From Escherichia coli (GTDB lineage Bacteria > Pseudomonadota > Gammaproteobacteria > Enterobacterales > Enterobacteriaceae), in NCBI RefSeq assembly GCF_030013205.1, contig NZ_CP122648.1: a stretch of DNA of 64,000 nucleotides. One strand, given 5' to 3'. The notes below the pieces were generated by a model that was not told the DNA's origin, did no database searches, and was given only the letters and a program-made list of their open reading frames with translations. This document shows positions 1-12,500 of the stretch, in pieces; the first letter of the stretch is position 1; every line of letters begins with the position of its first letter. The position numbers and the translations under genes were made by a program.

Positions 1-99
1 CAACGCGGCACGTTGCGGTTCAAAGGCCCAGTCGACTTTATTCTGCGGAATATCGTGAGACTCCGGCAGTGCGTAAGCCTGTAATTTTGGAATAGCCAT
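1..99 (-). CDS. entB: EntB isochorismatase / aryl carrier protein, first 33 codons only (gene runs off the window start)
   Basis: Reverse complement of 1-99 translates MAIPKLQAYALPESHDIPQNKVDWAFEPQRAAL with ATG at 97-99; lies directly downstream of entE as in the entCEBA operon. Confidence 0.85.
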   Translation of the reverse strand, partial: MAIPKLQAYALPESHDIPQNKVDWAFEPQRAAL

Positions 100-112
100 C
101 GTGTTCTCTCCT

Positions 113-1723
113 TCAGGCTGATGCGCGTGACGCCAGCCACTGACGTAATTGTTTTTTCTCGACTTTCCCGACCGCCGTCAGCGGAAGTGAATCCACACAC
201 TCCACGCGATCCGGTAATTTAAATTCGGCAATACCCTGTTCACGCAGGAAACGACGCACCTGCACCGCGCGTAGAGGCTCTTTTACCACCAGATAAGCAC
301 AGCTTTTTTCGCCCATCAGCTCATCTTCCATGCTCACCAGTGCGGCGTAGATCACCGCCGGATGGCGCAGCAGCAGGTTTTCGATCTCTTCGGCAGCGAT
401 CTTCTCGCCGCCACGGTTGATCTGATCTTTCTCGCGCCCCTGCACGGTGATGTACCCCTCTGGATCAATAGAGATCAGATCACCAGAACAGTAAAAACCG
501 TTGGCATCAAAGGCGCTGGCATTGTGCTGCGGGCTTTTGTAATAGCCGCGGAAGGTGTACGGACCGCGCGTCATCAGGCGTCCGACTTCCCCTTGCGGCA
601 GTGGATTTCCTTCGGCATCGGCAACCCACACTTCATCGTCCGGACACATTGGATAGCCCTGGGTATGGATTATTTTCTCCGCGCTATCATCAAGTCGGGT
701 GTAGTTCACCAGTCCTTCCGCCATGCCGAATACCTGCTGTAACTGGCAGCCAATCTCTGCGGGAATACGCGCCGCAAGCGTGGCAGAAAGACGTGCACCA
801 CCGACCTGTAACAGTTTCAGCGAGGCAAGCTGCGCCCGGCTTTCGCCTTCGGTCAGCGCCTGTAACCACAGGCTGACTGCGGGTGGCACCAGCGCGGTGA
901 CGTTCACCTGATGTTTTTCAATCAATGGGAAGCAGAGCGTGGCGCTGGGGTCGGCAGCCAGAACGACAGTGCCGCCAGCGAGAAATACGCCCAGCGATCC
1001 TGGCGAACTCATGGCGTAGTTATGAGCCGCCGGGATCGCGCACAGGTAGCGTGTCTGTTGTGTGAACTGACAAATCTCGACGCTACGACGCACGCTGTAG
1101 TAGTAGTCGTTATGAGTGCGCGGGATCAGTTTCGGTGTGCCGGTGGTGCCGCCGGAAAGCTGGAAATAGGCCACTTCATCAGCAGGTGACGGCGTGGCAG
1201 TAAAATCCTCAGCCGGATGGTTAATCGCATCCTGCAAGTTATGCTCACCGCTGTCGTTGTGCAGTTGCACCACGCGAATGGAGGAATGCTCTGCAACAAA
1301 TGTATTGAGGAAATCATCTCCGCTAAACAGCGCATGCTGGCGATCGGCAATCAGTAACGCCGGTTCAATCTGGCTGGCATAGGCGTTCAGTTCACTACGC
1401 TGATGGCTGAACAGCGCCAGCACCGGCGCAACGCCCAGTTTCAGCAGTGCGAAAAAGGTAATGTAAAGTTCAGCGACGTTACCCAGTTGTACCAGCGCGG
1501 TTTCACCAGGTTTAATGCCCTGACGGCGTAAACTACACGCGAGGTTATCCGCCGCCTGATTCAGCTCTCGGTAACTCAACTGCCGCTCGCCGTCGATAAC
1601 CGCGATGCTGTCACTCGCAGCGTGGCGGGTCAGAATATCGGTCAGTGGCAAATCCTGCCAGTAGCCTTTTTCCCGATAGCGACGGGAAAACTCTTCCGGC
1701 CAGCGGGTGAATGGAATGCTCAT
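113..1723 (-). CDS. entE: 2,3-dihydroxybenzoate-AMP ligase EntE
   Basis: ORF 113..1729; translation from [12 protein letters not shown] recognised as EntE (536 aa, adenylation domain with SGGTTGTPK motif); start taken at the internal ATG. Confidence 0.95.
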   Translation of the reverse strand: MSIPFTRWPEEFSRRYREKGYWQDLPLTDILTRHAASDSIAVIDGERQLSYRELNQAADNLACSLRRQGIKPGETALVQLGNVAELYITFFALLKLGVAPVLALFSHQRSELNAYASQIEPALLIADRQHALFSGDDFLNTFVAEHSSIRVVQLHNDSGEHNLQDAINHPAEDFTATPSPADEVAYFQLSGGTTGTPKLIPRTHNDYYYSVRRSVEICQFTQQTRYLCAIPAAHNYAMSSPGSLGVFLAGGTVVLAADPSATLCFPLIEKHQVNVTALVPPAVSLWLQALTEGESRAQLASLKLLQVGGARLSATLAARIPAEIGCQLQQVFGMAEGLVNYTRLDDSAEKIIHTQGYPMCPDDEVWVADAEGNPLPQGEVGRLMTRGPYTFRGYYKSPQHNASAFDANGFYCSGDLISIDPEGYITVQGREKDQINRGGEKIAAEEIENLLLRHPAVIYAALVSMEDELMGEKSCAYLVVKEPLRAVQVRRFLREQGIAEFKLPDRVECVDSLPLTAVGKVEKKQLRQWLASRASA

Positions 1724-1732
1724 CCTCACTCC

Positions 1733-2908
<1,176 letters not shown>

Positions 2909-2936
2909 ATCATCCTCCACAAAATGATAAAGGATT

Positions 2937-2957
2937 TAATAATGATTATCATTTATA
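2937..2957. promoter_or_regulatory. Fur box in the divergent entC / fepB promoter region
   Basis: Sequence aataatgattatcatttat closely matches the Fur consensus GATAATGATAATCATTATC; sits between divergent iron-regulated genes. Confidence 0.75.
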
Positions 2958-3096
2958 TTTTCGGTAGCTAACCTAAAAGCAAACGCGCACTATGTCAACT
3001 CTTGAGGTAACGCAATCTGCAACTCGGGGTTGCATCTGGTTGTGGTTACAATGAAAATGAGAAGCATTAACTTCATTAATAACAGGAAGCTGACTT

Positions 3097-4053
3097 GTGA
3101 GACTCGCCCCGCTCTACCGCAACGCCCTTCTATTAACAGGACTTTTGCTTTCAGGAATAGTCGCAGTTCAGGCCGCCGACTGGCCGCGTCAGATTACTGA
3201 CAGCCGGGGCACTCATACCCTGGAAAGCCAGCCGCAGCGTATTGTTTCCACCAGCGTCACCCTGACCGGCTCACTGCTGGCGATTGATGCTCCGGTGATC
3301 GCCAGCGGCGCGACCACGCCAAATAACCGCGTCGCGGATGACCAGGGCTTTTTACGCCAGTGGAGCAAGGTGGCGAAAGAACGCAAACTGCAACGGCTCT
3401 ATATCGGCGAACCGAGTGCAGAAGCCGTTGCCGCGCAAATGCCGGATCTGATTTTAATTAGCGCAACTGGCGGGGATTCGGCGCTGGCGCTGTATGATCA
3501 GCTTTCCACCATAGCCCCGACATTAATCATCAATTACGACGACAAAAGCTGGCAGGCGCTGTTAACGCAACTTGGCGAAATTACCGGGCATGAGAAACAA
3601 GCGGCAGAGCGGATTGCACAGTTTGATAAGCAACTGGCGGCGGCGAAAGAGCAAATCAAATTACCGCCGCAGCCGGTCACTGCCATTGTCTATACCGCCG
3701 CTGCACACAGTGCCAATCTCTGGACGCCGGAATCAGCACAAGGGCAGATGCTGGAACAACTCGGCTTTACGTTGGCGAAATTGCCCGCAGGGTTAAACGC
3801 CAGCCAAAGCCAGGGCAAACGCCATGACATCATTCAGCTTGGTGGAGAAAATCTGGCTGCAGGGTTAAATGGCGAGTCACTATTCCTGTTCGCCGGTGAT
3901 CAGAAAGATGCCGATGCGATTTATGCTAATCCGCTGCTCGCGCACCTGCCTGCAGTACAAAACAAGCAGGTTTATGCGCTGGGAACCGAGACGTTCCGTC
4001 TGGATTACTACAGCGCCATGCAAGTGCTGGAACGGCTTAAGGCGCTGTTTTAA
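3097..4053 (+). CDS. fepB: periplasmic ferric-enterobactin binding protein FepB
   Basis: 318-aa ORF with GTG start at 3097, signal peptide (…[10 protein letters not shown]) and recognised FepB sequence. Confidence 0.95.
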   Translation: MRLAPLYRNALLLTGLLLSGIVAVQAADWPRQITDSRGTHTLESQPQRIVSTSVTLTGSLLAIDAPVIASGATTPNNRVADDQGFLRQWSKVAKERKLQRLYIGEPSAEAVAAQMPDLILISATGGDSALALYDQLSTIAPTLIINYDDKSWQALLTQLGEITGHEKQAAERIAQFDKQLAAAKEQIKLPPQPVTAIVYTAAAHSANLWTPESAQGQMLEQLGFTLAKLPAGLNASQSQGKRHDIIQLGGENLAAGLNGESLFLFAGDQKDADAIYANPLLAHLPAVQNKQVYALGTETFRLDYYSAMQVLERLKALF

Positions 4054-4056
4054 GCA

Positions 4057-5307
4057 TTAACTGTCGGACGCTGTCACCTGCGGCGGCGTCTGGCGAAAAC
4101 GCCGCAACTCCACCAGCACCAGCAATAACAACACGCCGATAATCAACAAACCAAAACCGCTCGCGCTTGCGGAAGCAACCGGTGTCATCATCGCGCCCAA
4201 ACCGCCCAGCAGCGCCGCGCCTATGGCATCACCCGTCACGTTTTGTGCCGTCCACAAACCGTTAATCCGCCCTAACATCGCTTCCGGGGTTTGCGTTTGC
4301 AGCATTGTATATTGCAGCAACGAACTAACCGCGCTCAGCCAGCCGAACAGCGCCAGACAAACCACGCCTAAAATCCACATCGGCATCAAGCCAAACAGCC
4401 CAATGGCGAGGAACGATCCCAGCGTGGAGAGCAGCATCAATAACCCTGGTCGCGCGCTATGTGCCAGCTTCCCGCTGGTTAACGCGCCAATAGCCGCGCC
4501 GAGCGGGATCGCCGCATAGAGAAAACCAATCTGTGCCGCCGACATCTGCCAGTTGTCAGCCAGCGCCGGATACAGTACCCGCACCGCGCTCGCCATCGTC
4601 AATAAACCACCCAACAGCGCAATCCCTCCTACCAGCGGGCTGGCGAGCAGAAAACGAAATCCTGCCAGTAATGATTTCAACGGATGCTCACGCGGCTGCG
4701 GTGGCGGTGGCAACGCCGGAAGGCTTAACAACGGTAGCAAGGTAATAAACGTGCCCGCCGCCGCCAGCCCGTAGTTCCAGGCTACGCCGCCAGTCGCCAG
4801 CAGTAAACCACCAATCATAGGCGAAATCACCGATCCCAGGCGCACAGTCAACATGGTGATCGCCCCGGCCTGCATTAAGTTTTCACGCCCTACCAGTGCA
4901 GGTGTCGCCGCCAGTAGCGCCGTAACGCCAAGTGATGCGAAAAAACCATCCCATAAACCAAGTAAATAGATTGCCAACAATGACGGCTCCGGCAGCAGTG
5001 CATTAAGGCACAGTCCAATGAAGCCAATGCCACAGGTGCCGCGCGCCAGCAAAATCACTTTTTTGCGTTCATAGCGATCCGCCAGCACACCGCCGACCAT
5101 CAGGCCAACAAACATCGCGCCGCCGGTCAGCGTCACCGAAAGCCCCACCTGCCAGGTAGAATGCGTCATCATCTGGATCTGCACCGGCACCGCGACGCCG
5201 AGCAAACCCAGAGACACAATTGAGATAAAACGAGCGAGGAATACTGCACGAAACGCCGGGTGCGTTTTCAACAGGCTGAGGTTAAGCAGCCAGGATTGTT
5301 TATTCAT
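4057..5307 (-). CDS. entS: enterobactin exporter EntS (MFS transporter)
   Basis: 416-aa polytopic membrane [30 protein letters not shown]… recognised as EntS/YbdA. Confidence 0.95.
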
Positions 5308-5380
5308 TACAATGCCTTGCCATCAAATATTTTAAATACCTATTTTTAGGCTGCACATGCTAACATATCCAAATAAGATC

Positions 5381-5405
5381 GATAACGATAATTAATTTCA
5401 TTATC
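5381..5405. promoter_or_regulatory. Fur box in the divergent entS / fepD promoter region
   Basis: gataacgataattaatttcattatc contains overlapping GATAAT/ATTATC Fur hexamers. Confidence 0.7.
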
Positions 5406-5417
5406 ATGGAAGTTCGT

Positions 5418-6422
5418 ATGTCTGGTTCTATTGCCGTGACACGCGCCATTGCCGTGCCCGGATTGCTGTTATTACTGATTATCGCGACGGCATTAAGCCT
5501 GCTCATTGGGGCAAAATCACTCCCCGCTTTCGTAGTGCTGGAGGCCCTCTCCGGCACCTGCCAGAGCGCCGACTGCACCATCGTGCTCGACGCGCGACTG
5601 CCGCGCACCCTTGCCGGTTTACTAGCCGGCGGTGCGCTTGGCCTTGCCGGGGCGTTGATGCAAACCCTCACCCGAAACCCACTTGCCGACCCCGGCTTGC
5701 TTGGTGTGAACGCCGGAGCCAGCTTTGCCATTGTGCTGGGTGCGGCGCTGTTTGGTTACTCATCCGCGCAGGAACAACTGGCGATGGCCTTCGCCGGGGC
5801 GCTGGTGGCCTCATTGATTGTTGCCTTTACCGGCAGCCAGGGCGGCGGGCAGTTAAGTCCGGTGCGTTTAACCCTGGCGGGCGTGGCACTGGCGGCGGTG
5901 CTGGAAGGGCTGACCAGCGGCATCGCCCTGCTTAATCCTGACGTCTACGATCAGTTGCGTTTCTGGCAAGCCGGTTCGCTGGATATTCGCAATCTACATA
6001 CCTTAAAAGTGGTGCTGATCCCGGTGCTGATCGCCGGAGCAACCGCACTATTACTGAGCCGCGCGCTGAACAGTTTAAGCCTCGGCAGTGACACCGCGAC
6101 GGCGCTGGGTAGTCGCGTGGCGCGCACACAGTTGATTGGTCTGCTGGCGATTACCGTGCTTTGTGGTAGTGCGACGGCGGTAGTTGGCCCGATTGCCTTT
6201 ATTGGCCTGATGATGCCGCACATGGCGCGCTGGCTGGTAGGTGCCGATCATCGCTGGTCGCTGCCCGTCACGCTACTCGCCACCCCTGCCCTGCTGCTGT
6301 TTGCCGATATCATCGGGCGGGTGATTGTGCCCGGCGAACTGCGCGTTTCTATAGTCAGTGCCTTTATTGGCGCACCGGTGCTGATCTTCCTCGTGCGACG
6401 TAAAACGCGAGGTGGCGCATGA
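5418..6422 (+). CDS. fepD: ferric-enterobactin ABC transporter permease FepD
   Basis: ORF 5406..6422; start chosen at MSGSIAVTR (334 aa); FecCD-family permease sequence. Confidence 0.93.
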   Translation: MSGSIAVTRAIAVPGLLLLLIIATALSLLIGAKSLPAFVVLEALSGTCQSADCTIVLDARLPRTLAGLLAGGALGLAGALMQTLTRNPLADPGLLGVNAGASFAIVLGAALFGYSSAQEQLAMAFAGALVASLIVAFTGSQGGGQLSPVRLTLAGVALAAVLEGLTSGIALLNPDVYDQLRFWQAGSLDIRNLHTLKVVLIPVLIAGATALLLSRALNSLSLGSDTATALGSRVARTQLIGLLAITVLCGSATAVVGPIAFIGLMMPHMARWLVGADHRWSLPVTLLATPALLLFADIIGRVIVPGELRVSIVSAFIGAPVLIFLVRRKTRGGA

Positions 6423-7411
6423 TTTACGTCTCTCGCCGATTAATCATCACCTGTTTGCTGCTAATTACCGCCTGTGTGGTTGCAGGTATCTGGGGATTAC
6501 GCAGCGGTACCGTCACGCTGGAAACCTCGCAGGTATTCGCCGCGCTGATGGGCGATGCGCCGCGCAGTATGACGATGGTGGTCACCGAATGGCGTTTACC
6601 ACGCGTGCTGATGGCGCTGTTGATTGGCGCGGCACTGGGCGTCAGCGGCGCGATTTTTCAGTCGCTGATGCGTAACCCGCTCGGTAGCCCTGACGTAATG
6701 GGCTTTAACACCGGGGCGTGGAGCGGCGTGCTGGTGGCGATGGTGCTGTTTGGTCAGGACCTGACGGCTATCGCGCTGGCAGCAATGGCGGGCGGCATTG
6801 TCACCTCGCTGCTGGTCTGGCTGCTCGCCTGGCGTAACGGCATCGACACCTTTCGGTTGATTATTATTGGTATCGGCGTTCGCGCCATGCTGGTGGCCTT
6901 TAATACCTGGCTGTTGCTGAAAGCGTCTTTAGAAACGGCGCTAACAGCGGGTTTGTGGAATGCCGGATCGCTCAACGGCCTGACGTGGGCAAAAACCTCG
7001 CCCTCCGCACCCATCATTATATTGATGCTCATTGCCGCCGCCTTGCTGGTGCGGCGGATGCGCTTGCTGGAGATGGGTGATGATACCGCATGTGCGCTGG
7101 GCGTCAGCGTCGAACGTTCGCGTCTGTTAATGATGCTGGTTGCAGTGGTGCTTACCGCTGCGGCAACGGCGCTTGCCGGGCCGATTTCTTTTATTGCTTT
7201 AGTCGCGCCGCACATTGCCCGACGCATTAGCGGCACCGTTCGCTGGGGGCTGACCCAGGCGGCGCTGTGCGGGGCGCTGTTACTGCTGGCGGCCGATCTC
7301 TGCGCCCAACAACTGTTTATGCCGTATCAACTTCCGGTTGGCGTCGTTACCGTCAGCCTCGGTGGTATTTACCTTATCGTCTTGTTAATTCAGGAGTCTC
7401 GCATAAAATGA
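6419..7411 (+). CDS. fepG: ferric-enterobactin ABC transporter permease FepG
   Basis: 330-aa ORF MIYVSRRLIITCLLLITACV…; start overlaps the fepD stop by 4 nt. Confidence 0.93.
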   Translation: MIYVSRRLIITCLLLITACVVAGIWGLRSGTVTLETSQVFAALMGDAPRSMTMVVTEWRLPRVLMALLIGAALGVSGAIFQSLMRNPLGSPDVMGFNTGAWSGVLVAMVLFGQDLTAIALAAMAGGIVTSLLVWLLAWRNGIDTFRLIIIGIGVRAMLVAFNTWLLLKASLETALTAGLWNAGSLNGLTWAKTSPSAPIIILMLIAAALLVRRMRLLEMGDDTACALGVSVERSRLLMMLVAVVLTAAATALAGPISFIALVAPHIARRISGTVRWGLTQAALCGALLLLAADLCAQQLFMPYQLPVGVVTVSLGGIYLIVLLIQESRIK

Positions 7412-8223
7412 CCGAATCAGTAGCCCGTTTGCGCGGCGAACAGTTAACCCTCGGATATGGCAAATATACCGTTGCAGAAAATCTGACTGTAGAAATACCT
7501 GATGGTCACTTCACGGCAATTATCGGGCCAAATGGCTGCGGTAAATCCACGTTACTGCGTACCTTAAGCCGCCTGATGACGCCTGCTCACGGGCATGTCT
7601 GGCTGGATGGTGAGCACATTCAACATTACGCCAGTAAAGAAGTTGCCCGGCGGATTGGCCTGTTGGCGCAAAACGCCACCACGCCGGGAGATATCACCGT
7701 GCAGGAGCTGGTGGCGCGTGGGCGTTACCCGCATCAACCGCTGTTTACCCGCTGGCGCAAAGAAGATGAAGAAGCGGTAACGAAAGCGATGCAGGCCACG
7801 GGAATCACTCATCTGGCAGGTCAAAGCGTGGATACCCTTTCTGGCGGACAACGCCAGCGAGCGTGGATCGCGATGGTGCTGGCCCAGGAAACGGCAATTA
7901 TGCTGCTCGATGAACCAACGACCTGGCTGGATATCAGTCATCAGATTGATCTCCTGGAACTGTTAAGCGAACTGAACCGCGAGAAAGGCTATACCCTGGC
8001 GGCGGTGCTGCACGATCTTAATCAGGCCTGTCGTTACGCCAGCCATTTGATTGCATTGCGGGAAGGGAAAATTGTTGCTCAGGGAGCGCCGAAGGAGATT
8101 GTCACTGCTGAATTGATCGAGCGCATTTATGGTCTGCGCTGCATGATTATTGACGTTCCGGTAGCCGGAACTCCGCTCGTGGTGCCGCTCGGACGAACGG
8201 CACCTTCAACTGCCAAGATTTAA
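7408..8223 (+). CDS. fepC: ferric-enterobactin ABC transporter ATPase FepC
   Basis: Start at MTESVARLRGEQ inside ORF 7267..8223 (271 aa); Walker A GPNGCGKST and ABC signature LSGGQRQR present. Confidence 0.95.
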   Translation: MTESVARLRGEQLTLGYGKYTVAENLTVEIPDGHFTAIIGPNGCGKSTLLRTLSRLMTPAHGHVWLDGEHIQHYASKEVARRIGLLAQNATTPGDITVQELVARGRYPHQPLFTRWRKEDEEAVTKAMQATGITHLAGQSVDTLSGGQRQRAWIAMVLAQETAIMLLDEPTTWLDISHQIDLLELLSELNREKGYTLAAVLHDLNQACRYASHLIALREGKIVAQGAPKEIVTAELIERIYGLRCMIIDVPVAGTPLVVPLGRTAPSTAKI

Positions 8224-9353
8224 ACTAAGTGCTCTTCCATCACGGCATCCTGTTTTCTGGATGCCATCGCATGGCGCAACAGCACGCCACCACAAGCCAC
8301 CATCCCGCCGATCATCGCAGAAAGGATCACAATAATCGCCTTACCCGGACCGTCTTTTTTCACTGGCAATGACGGGCTTAACTGATATTTAAACGGCGTA
8401 AAATTCACATCGTTGATATTTGCTTTTGTTAGCTGCTCAACAAGATACTGGCGATTACGTAATTCACCGTTCAGTTCCGCAACGTCAGTAACCGCTTTTT
8501 CAATTTCCAGTTTGCGTTCAATACCGTCTGCGCCGAGAGAAATAGAGAAATCGGGGTCGTCTTTAACAGCCTGACCATTACTGTAAACGGGCTTTTTAAT
8601 TCCTGCCGCGTTAGCAATGTCGAGTGAATAATTGAGGCGCTGAATGTTTGCATCAAGTTGATTTTTCATTTTAATGCGGTCCTGAGCCAGTTTTTCTTTT
8701 TCAAACTGGGTTTTAAGCTCCAGTCTATTGCGCTCATTTTCTATCGACTCTTTCACCACCAGAGCAGAGATATAATCGATATACCCGCTCAAAACGGTTT
8801 GCGCCTCTTCATTGGTTGGCGCGGTAAAACTTAGCGTCCAGGAGGTATAAAGTGACGGTTCATCTTTTTTCTTACTGGCATTGTCATCAACCGCTTTCAT
8901 TTTTTCGCTCAATGCGACAATTGCGCGATGCAAATCCAGTTCGTCGATTTTCGCCTCTTTTAATTGGTCCATCACATAAGGTGTTGAGCGCAGGTACTCT
9001 TCCAGCAAGCTAACCGACTGAAACTTCTTGATAAACAGGTTAAATGCTTCTGTACGATCAATTTTGATATCCAGATCCAGCACTCGAAGCTTAGTGAATG
9101 TTTTCTCCAGCTCTTGCCACTGAACAGGTTCTGGAGGCGTGACAACCGCCGCGCTGGTCCATTTTTGCGGCAGGATGAAAGAGATCAGCAAGCCTGCGCA
9201 GGCAAACGCAAAAATGACCGCCATGACCGTTTTTTTGGCCCGCCATAAAACTGCGATTAGATTAAGTAAATCAATTTCATTATTACTGGGCGACGCCAGA
9301 GGATACTCAGGAAAATGAGCGTCACTTCCCTGTTTAATATTCAGTGATGACAT
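8220..9353 (-). CDS. fepE: polysaccharide co-polymerase FepE (O-antigen chain length regulator, Wzz family)
   Basis: ORF 8220..9404; start chosen at MSSLNIKQGSDAHF (377 aa). Confidence 0.93.
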   Translation of the reverse strand: MSSLNIKQGSDAHFPEYPLASPSNNEIDLLNLIAVLWRAKKTVMAVIFAFACAGLLISFILPQKWTSAAVVTPPEPVQWQELEKTFTKLRVLDLDIKIDRTEAFNLFIKKFQSVSLLEEYLRSTPYVMDQLKEAKIDELDLHRAIVALSEKMKAVDDNASKKKDEPSLYTSWTLSFTAPTNEEAQTVLSGYIDYISALVVKESIENERNRLELKTQFEKEKLAQDRIKMKNQLDANIQRLNYSLDIANAAGIKKPVYSNGQAVKDDPDFSISLGADGIERKLEIEKAVTDVAELNGELRNRQYLVEQLTKANINDVNFTPFKYQLSPSLPVKKDGPGKAIIVILSAMIGGMVACGGVLLRHAMASRKQDAVMEEHLV

Positions 9354-9567
9354 GGGGTATAACCTGAAAATGAGTCCAATAGGGGAAATCTCCACGGCGC
9401 TCACTTTACCAGTTGGTGATAATTATCCGAAGCTGAAGTTTGTAAATTCCTTCCACTGAATGCAACATTCACTCTATTTAAGAGAAATATTCATCAAACC
9501 TATAAATCAAACAAATAAAAAACCCATAATTATTTTCTGTAATTATGGGTTTATAGATAATGTTAAT

Positions 9568-12500
9568 TTATCTGTTTAGCGTTGCGCGAATAATCGGCCC
9601 AATTTTTTCAAATGCCCCTGGAGAGATAATATCCACATGCGCACAATCCTGACGATAGATATCCAGCTCGGCTATCCACGGCGACCAGACGCGTTCGGGA
9701 TTCATACCTTCCTGAAGCGTGCGTTCAGCAACAAACAGCGTCGCTTTACCGTCAAACGGTACGCTATGAGCAGTCGTCAGCAGGCGCACAGCATCAGCGT
9801 AGTTGCCTTCAATGGTGGTAAACAACTCCGTTGAAGTACTTCCCTGCTGTGCCGCCAGGAAGGCCTCGCGCTCGCGGTTAATCTCCGCCAGCACTTCCGG
9901 GTCCAGGCCATTAGCCTCTTTTTCCTGCCAGTTTTGCGTTTCTGGCGGCCAGGTATCCAGCAAGCCAAGAAATGCCACCTGTTCGCCACGGGCACGCAGC
10001 CGCGCCGCAATACCCTGCGCCAGCGTACCGCCCAGCGAATAACCCAGCAGGTAATAAGGGCCGTGCGGTTGATGCTCAAGTAACGTTGCCAGATGCGCTT
10101 CGCAGACTTCATCCAGATTTGCCGCGGTCTGCATGGGGCCATTGGGGCGCGGCGACTGAATGCCGATAATCGACCATTGTGGATCGAGATAACGCGAGAG
10201 CACGCTGAACTGCCAGGCAAAACCGGACGCAGGATGGAAACAAAACAGCGTCGGGCCATTACCTTCACGCAACGGCAGAATGGTTTCGAATCCCATGCGC
10301 CGGGAGCTGTCTTCTTCACCATCAATAATCGTTGCCAGTTTGGCGACAGTTGACGCGACCATCACCTGCCCCGGCGTCACCTGGCGGGTAAACTGCCGAC
10401 TTAACTGCGCAGCCAGTTTCATTGCCAGTAGCGAATGACCGCCAAGCGCGAAGAAATCAGCATCGGCATCCTGCACGTCACAACCCAGCAACGACGAGAA
10501 TGCCGCGGCGATAATCGTTTCACTGCCCGCTTTCGGCGCACGCCCCGGCGCTTGTGCCTTCAGTTCAGGCAACGGTAAGGCTTTGCGATCCAGCTTGCCG
10601 TTGGCGCTAAGCGGCAACTGCGGAAGTTGCAGCAGAACCACGGGCACCATATGCGGTGGCAATGTTTCGCGCAACTGCGCCTGCAATGCAGTGGTATCCA
10701 ACGGCAGGCCTGATTGCGACACCAGATACCCAACCAACTGACGCGCATCGCCTCCCGTTGCGGCAGCCTGGTTAATAACGCAGGCGTGGGTCACGGCCTG
10801 TTCAACGTCCGGCAGCGCCTGCATCACGCGATCGATTTCGCCCAGTTCGATACGCTGCCCGCGAATTTTTAGCTGATCGTCACTGCGCCCGAGGTACTCC
10901 ACCGCGCCGTTATCCAGCCAGCGGGCAACGTCTCCGGTACGGTACATCCGTTCGCCAGGGGCAAAAGGATTGGCAATAAAGCGGCTGGCGGTCAGATCGG
11001 GTCGTCCGAGATAGCCCTGCGCCAGTTGTATGCCAGTGAGATAGAGATCTCCCGCCACACCCGGCGGCACCGGATGCATCATCGCATCAAGAATACGCAG
11101 GCCCGTATTCCACACCGGATAACCAATCGGCACACTGCTGCCGCGCACCTGAGCCAGTTCCTCGCCAAAAGCCGGATACCAGCTGACATCTACCGCCGCT
11201 TCCGTCGGGCCATATAGATTATGCAACGGCACGCCGGTTAACTGTTGCCATTCGCGGCATAAATCAGCCGGTAAGGCCTCACCACTACAGAAAACCTGTT
11301 TTAACGTCGCGCAATTCTGGCGAGCGGTTTGCGGAGTCAGCGATGCAACAAATGCCGCCAGCATCGACGGCACAAAGTGCGTGGTCGTTACGCCATATTC
11401 GGCAAAGAATTGCTGCATAGCGAGCGGGTCGCGGTGCGCTTCCGGTTCAGCCATCACCAGTTTAGCCCCGGCAATAAACGGCCAGAAAAACTCCCACACC
11501 GAGACATCAAAACTGCACGGCGTTTTTTGGGCAACGACATCTTCGCCTGTAAGCGGGTAGTGGTTTTGCATCCAAAGCAGGCGGTTAACGATAGCCGTCT
11601 GCCCGACCATTACCCCTTTCGGCCTGCCGGTGGAGCCAGAGGTAAAGATGATATAAGCCGTGTGGTGCGGTTGTGAAAGTTGCAGCGGCGCACTGCCCTG
11701 CGGTGTAAGCGGGGCGTTATAGCAAAGGCTGGTTAAATCTGGAACATCGGCAAAGCGCGGCAGTTGATCGTCGGTGGTGATTAACAGCGACGGACGCGCA
11801 TCTTCCAGCATCATTTTCAGGCGATCGTCCGGATAGCCGGTATCCAGCGGTAACCAGGCCGCACCTGTTTCAACAATCGCATGTAGCGCCAGAGTCAAAA
11901 ATACCGAGCGCGGTAGCGCCACCGCCACGCTGTCGCCTGGTTTAACGCCGCGCTCACGCAGCAGATTCGCCAGCGCCACCACCTGCTCGCGCATTTCCAG
12001 ATAGCTGAACTGGTAACGCGCATCTGCCAGCGCCGGAGCATCCGGTGTTTTTGCCGCTTGTTCTGCCACCAGCGCGCTCAGCGTGGTTTCTGGAATCTCA
12101 ACCTGAGTGGCGTTGATCTGCGCTAACTGCGCATACTCACCTGGCAGCATAATATCGACATCGCCGCACAACAGCGCAGGATCCGCGGCGAACTGGGCAA
12201 TCAGCATTTTCAGGCGTTCAGCGTGGTGAATTAACGTTGGCTCATCGTAACGCTGTTTATTGGCGAGGATCTCAATACTCAAATCACCGTGTTCATCCGG
12301 GAACAGGGCCAGTTCAAGGTCATTAACCGGACCGGTTGCCAGGGTATGGGTTCGCGTCTGAACACCAGGAATATCCAGTTGGTAATCAAATACCTTGATA
12401 TTGAGTACCGGACCGAACAGCGGTTCCTCTCCTGCCGCTCGCCCGCTGTCACGGACAATTTGTTCGGCATCGTAACGTTGATGACGACGCATTTTTTTCA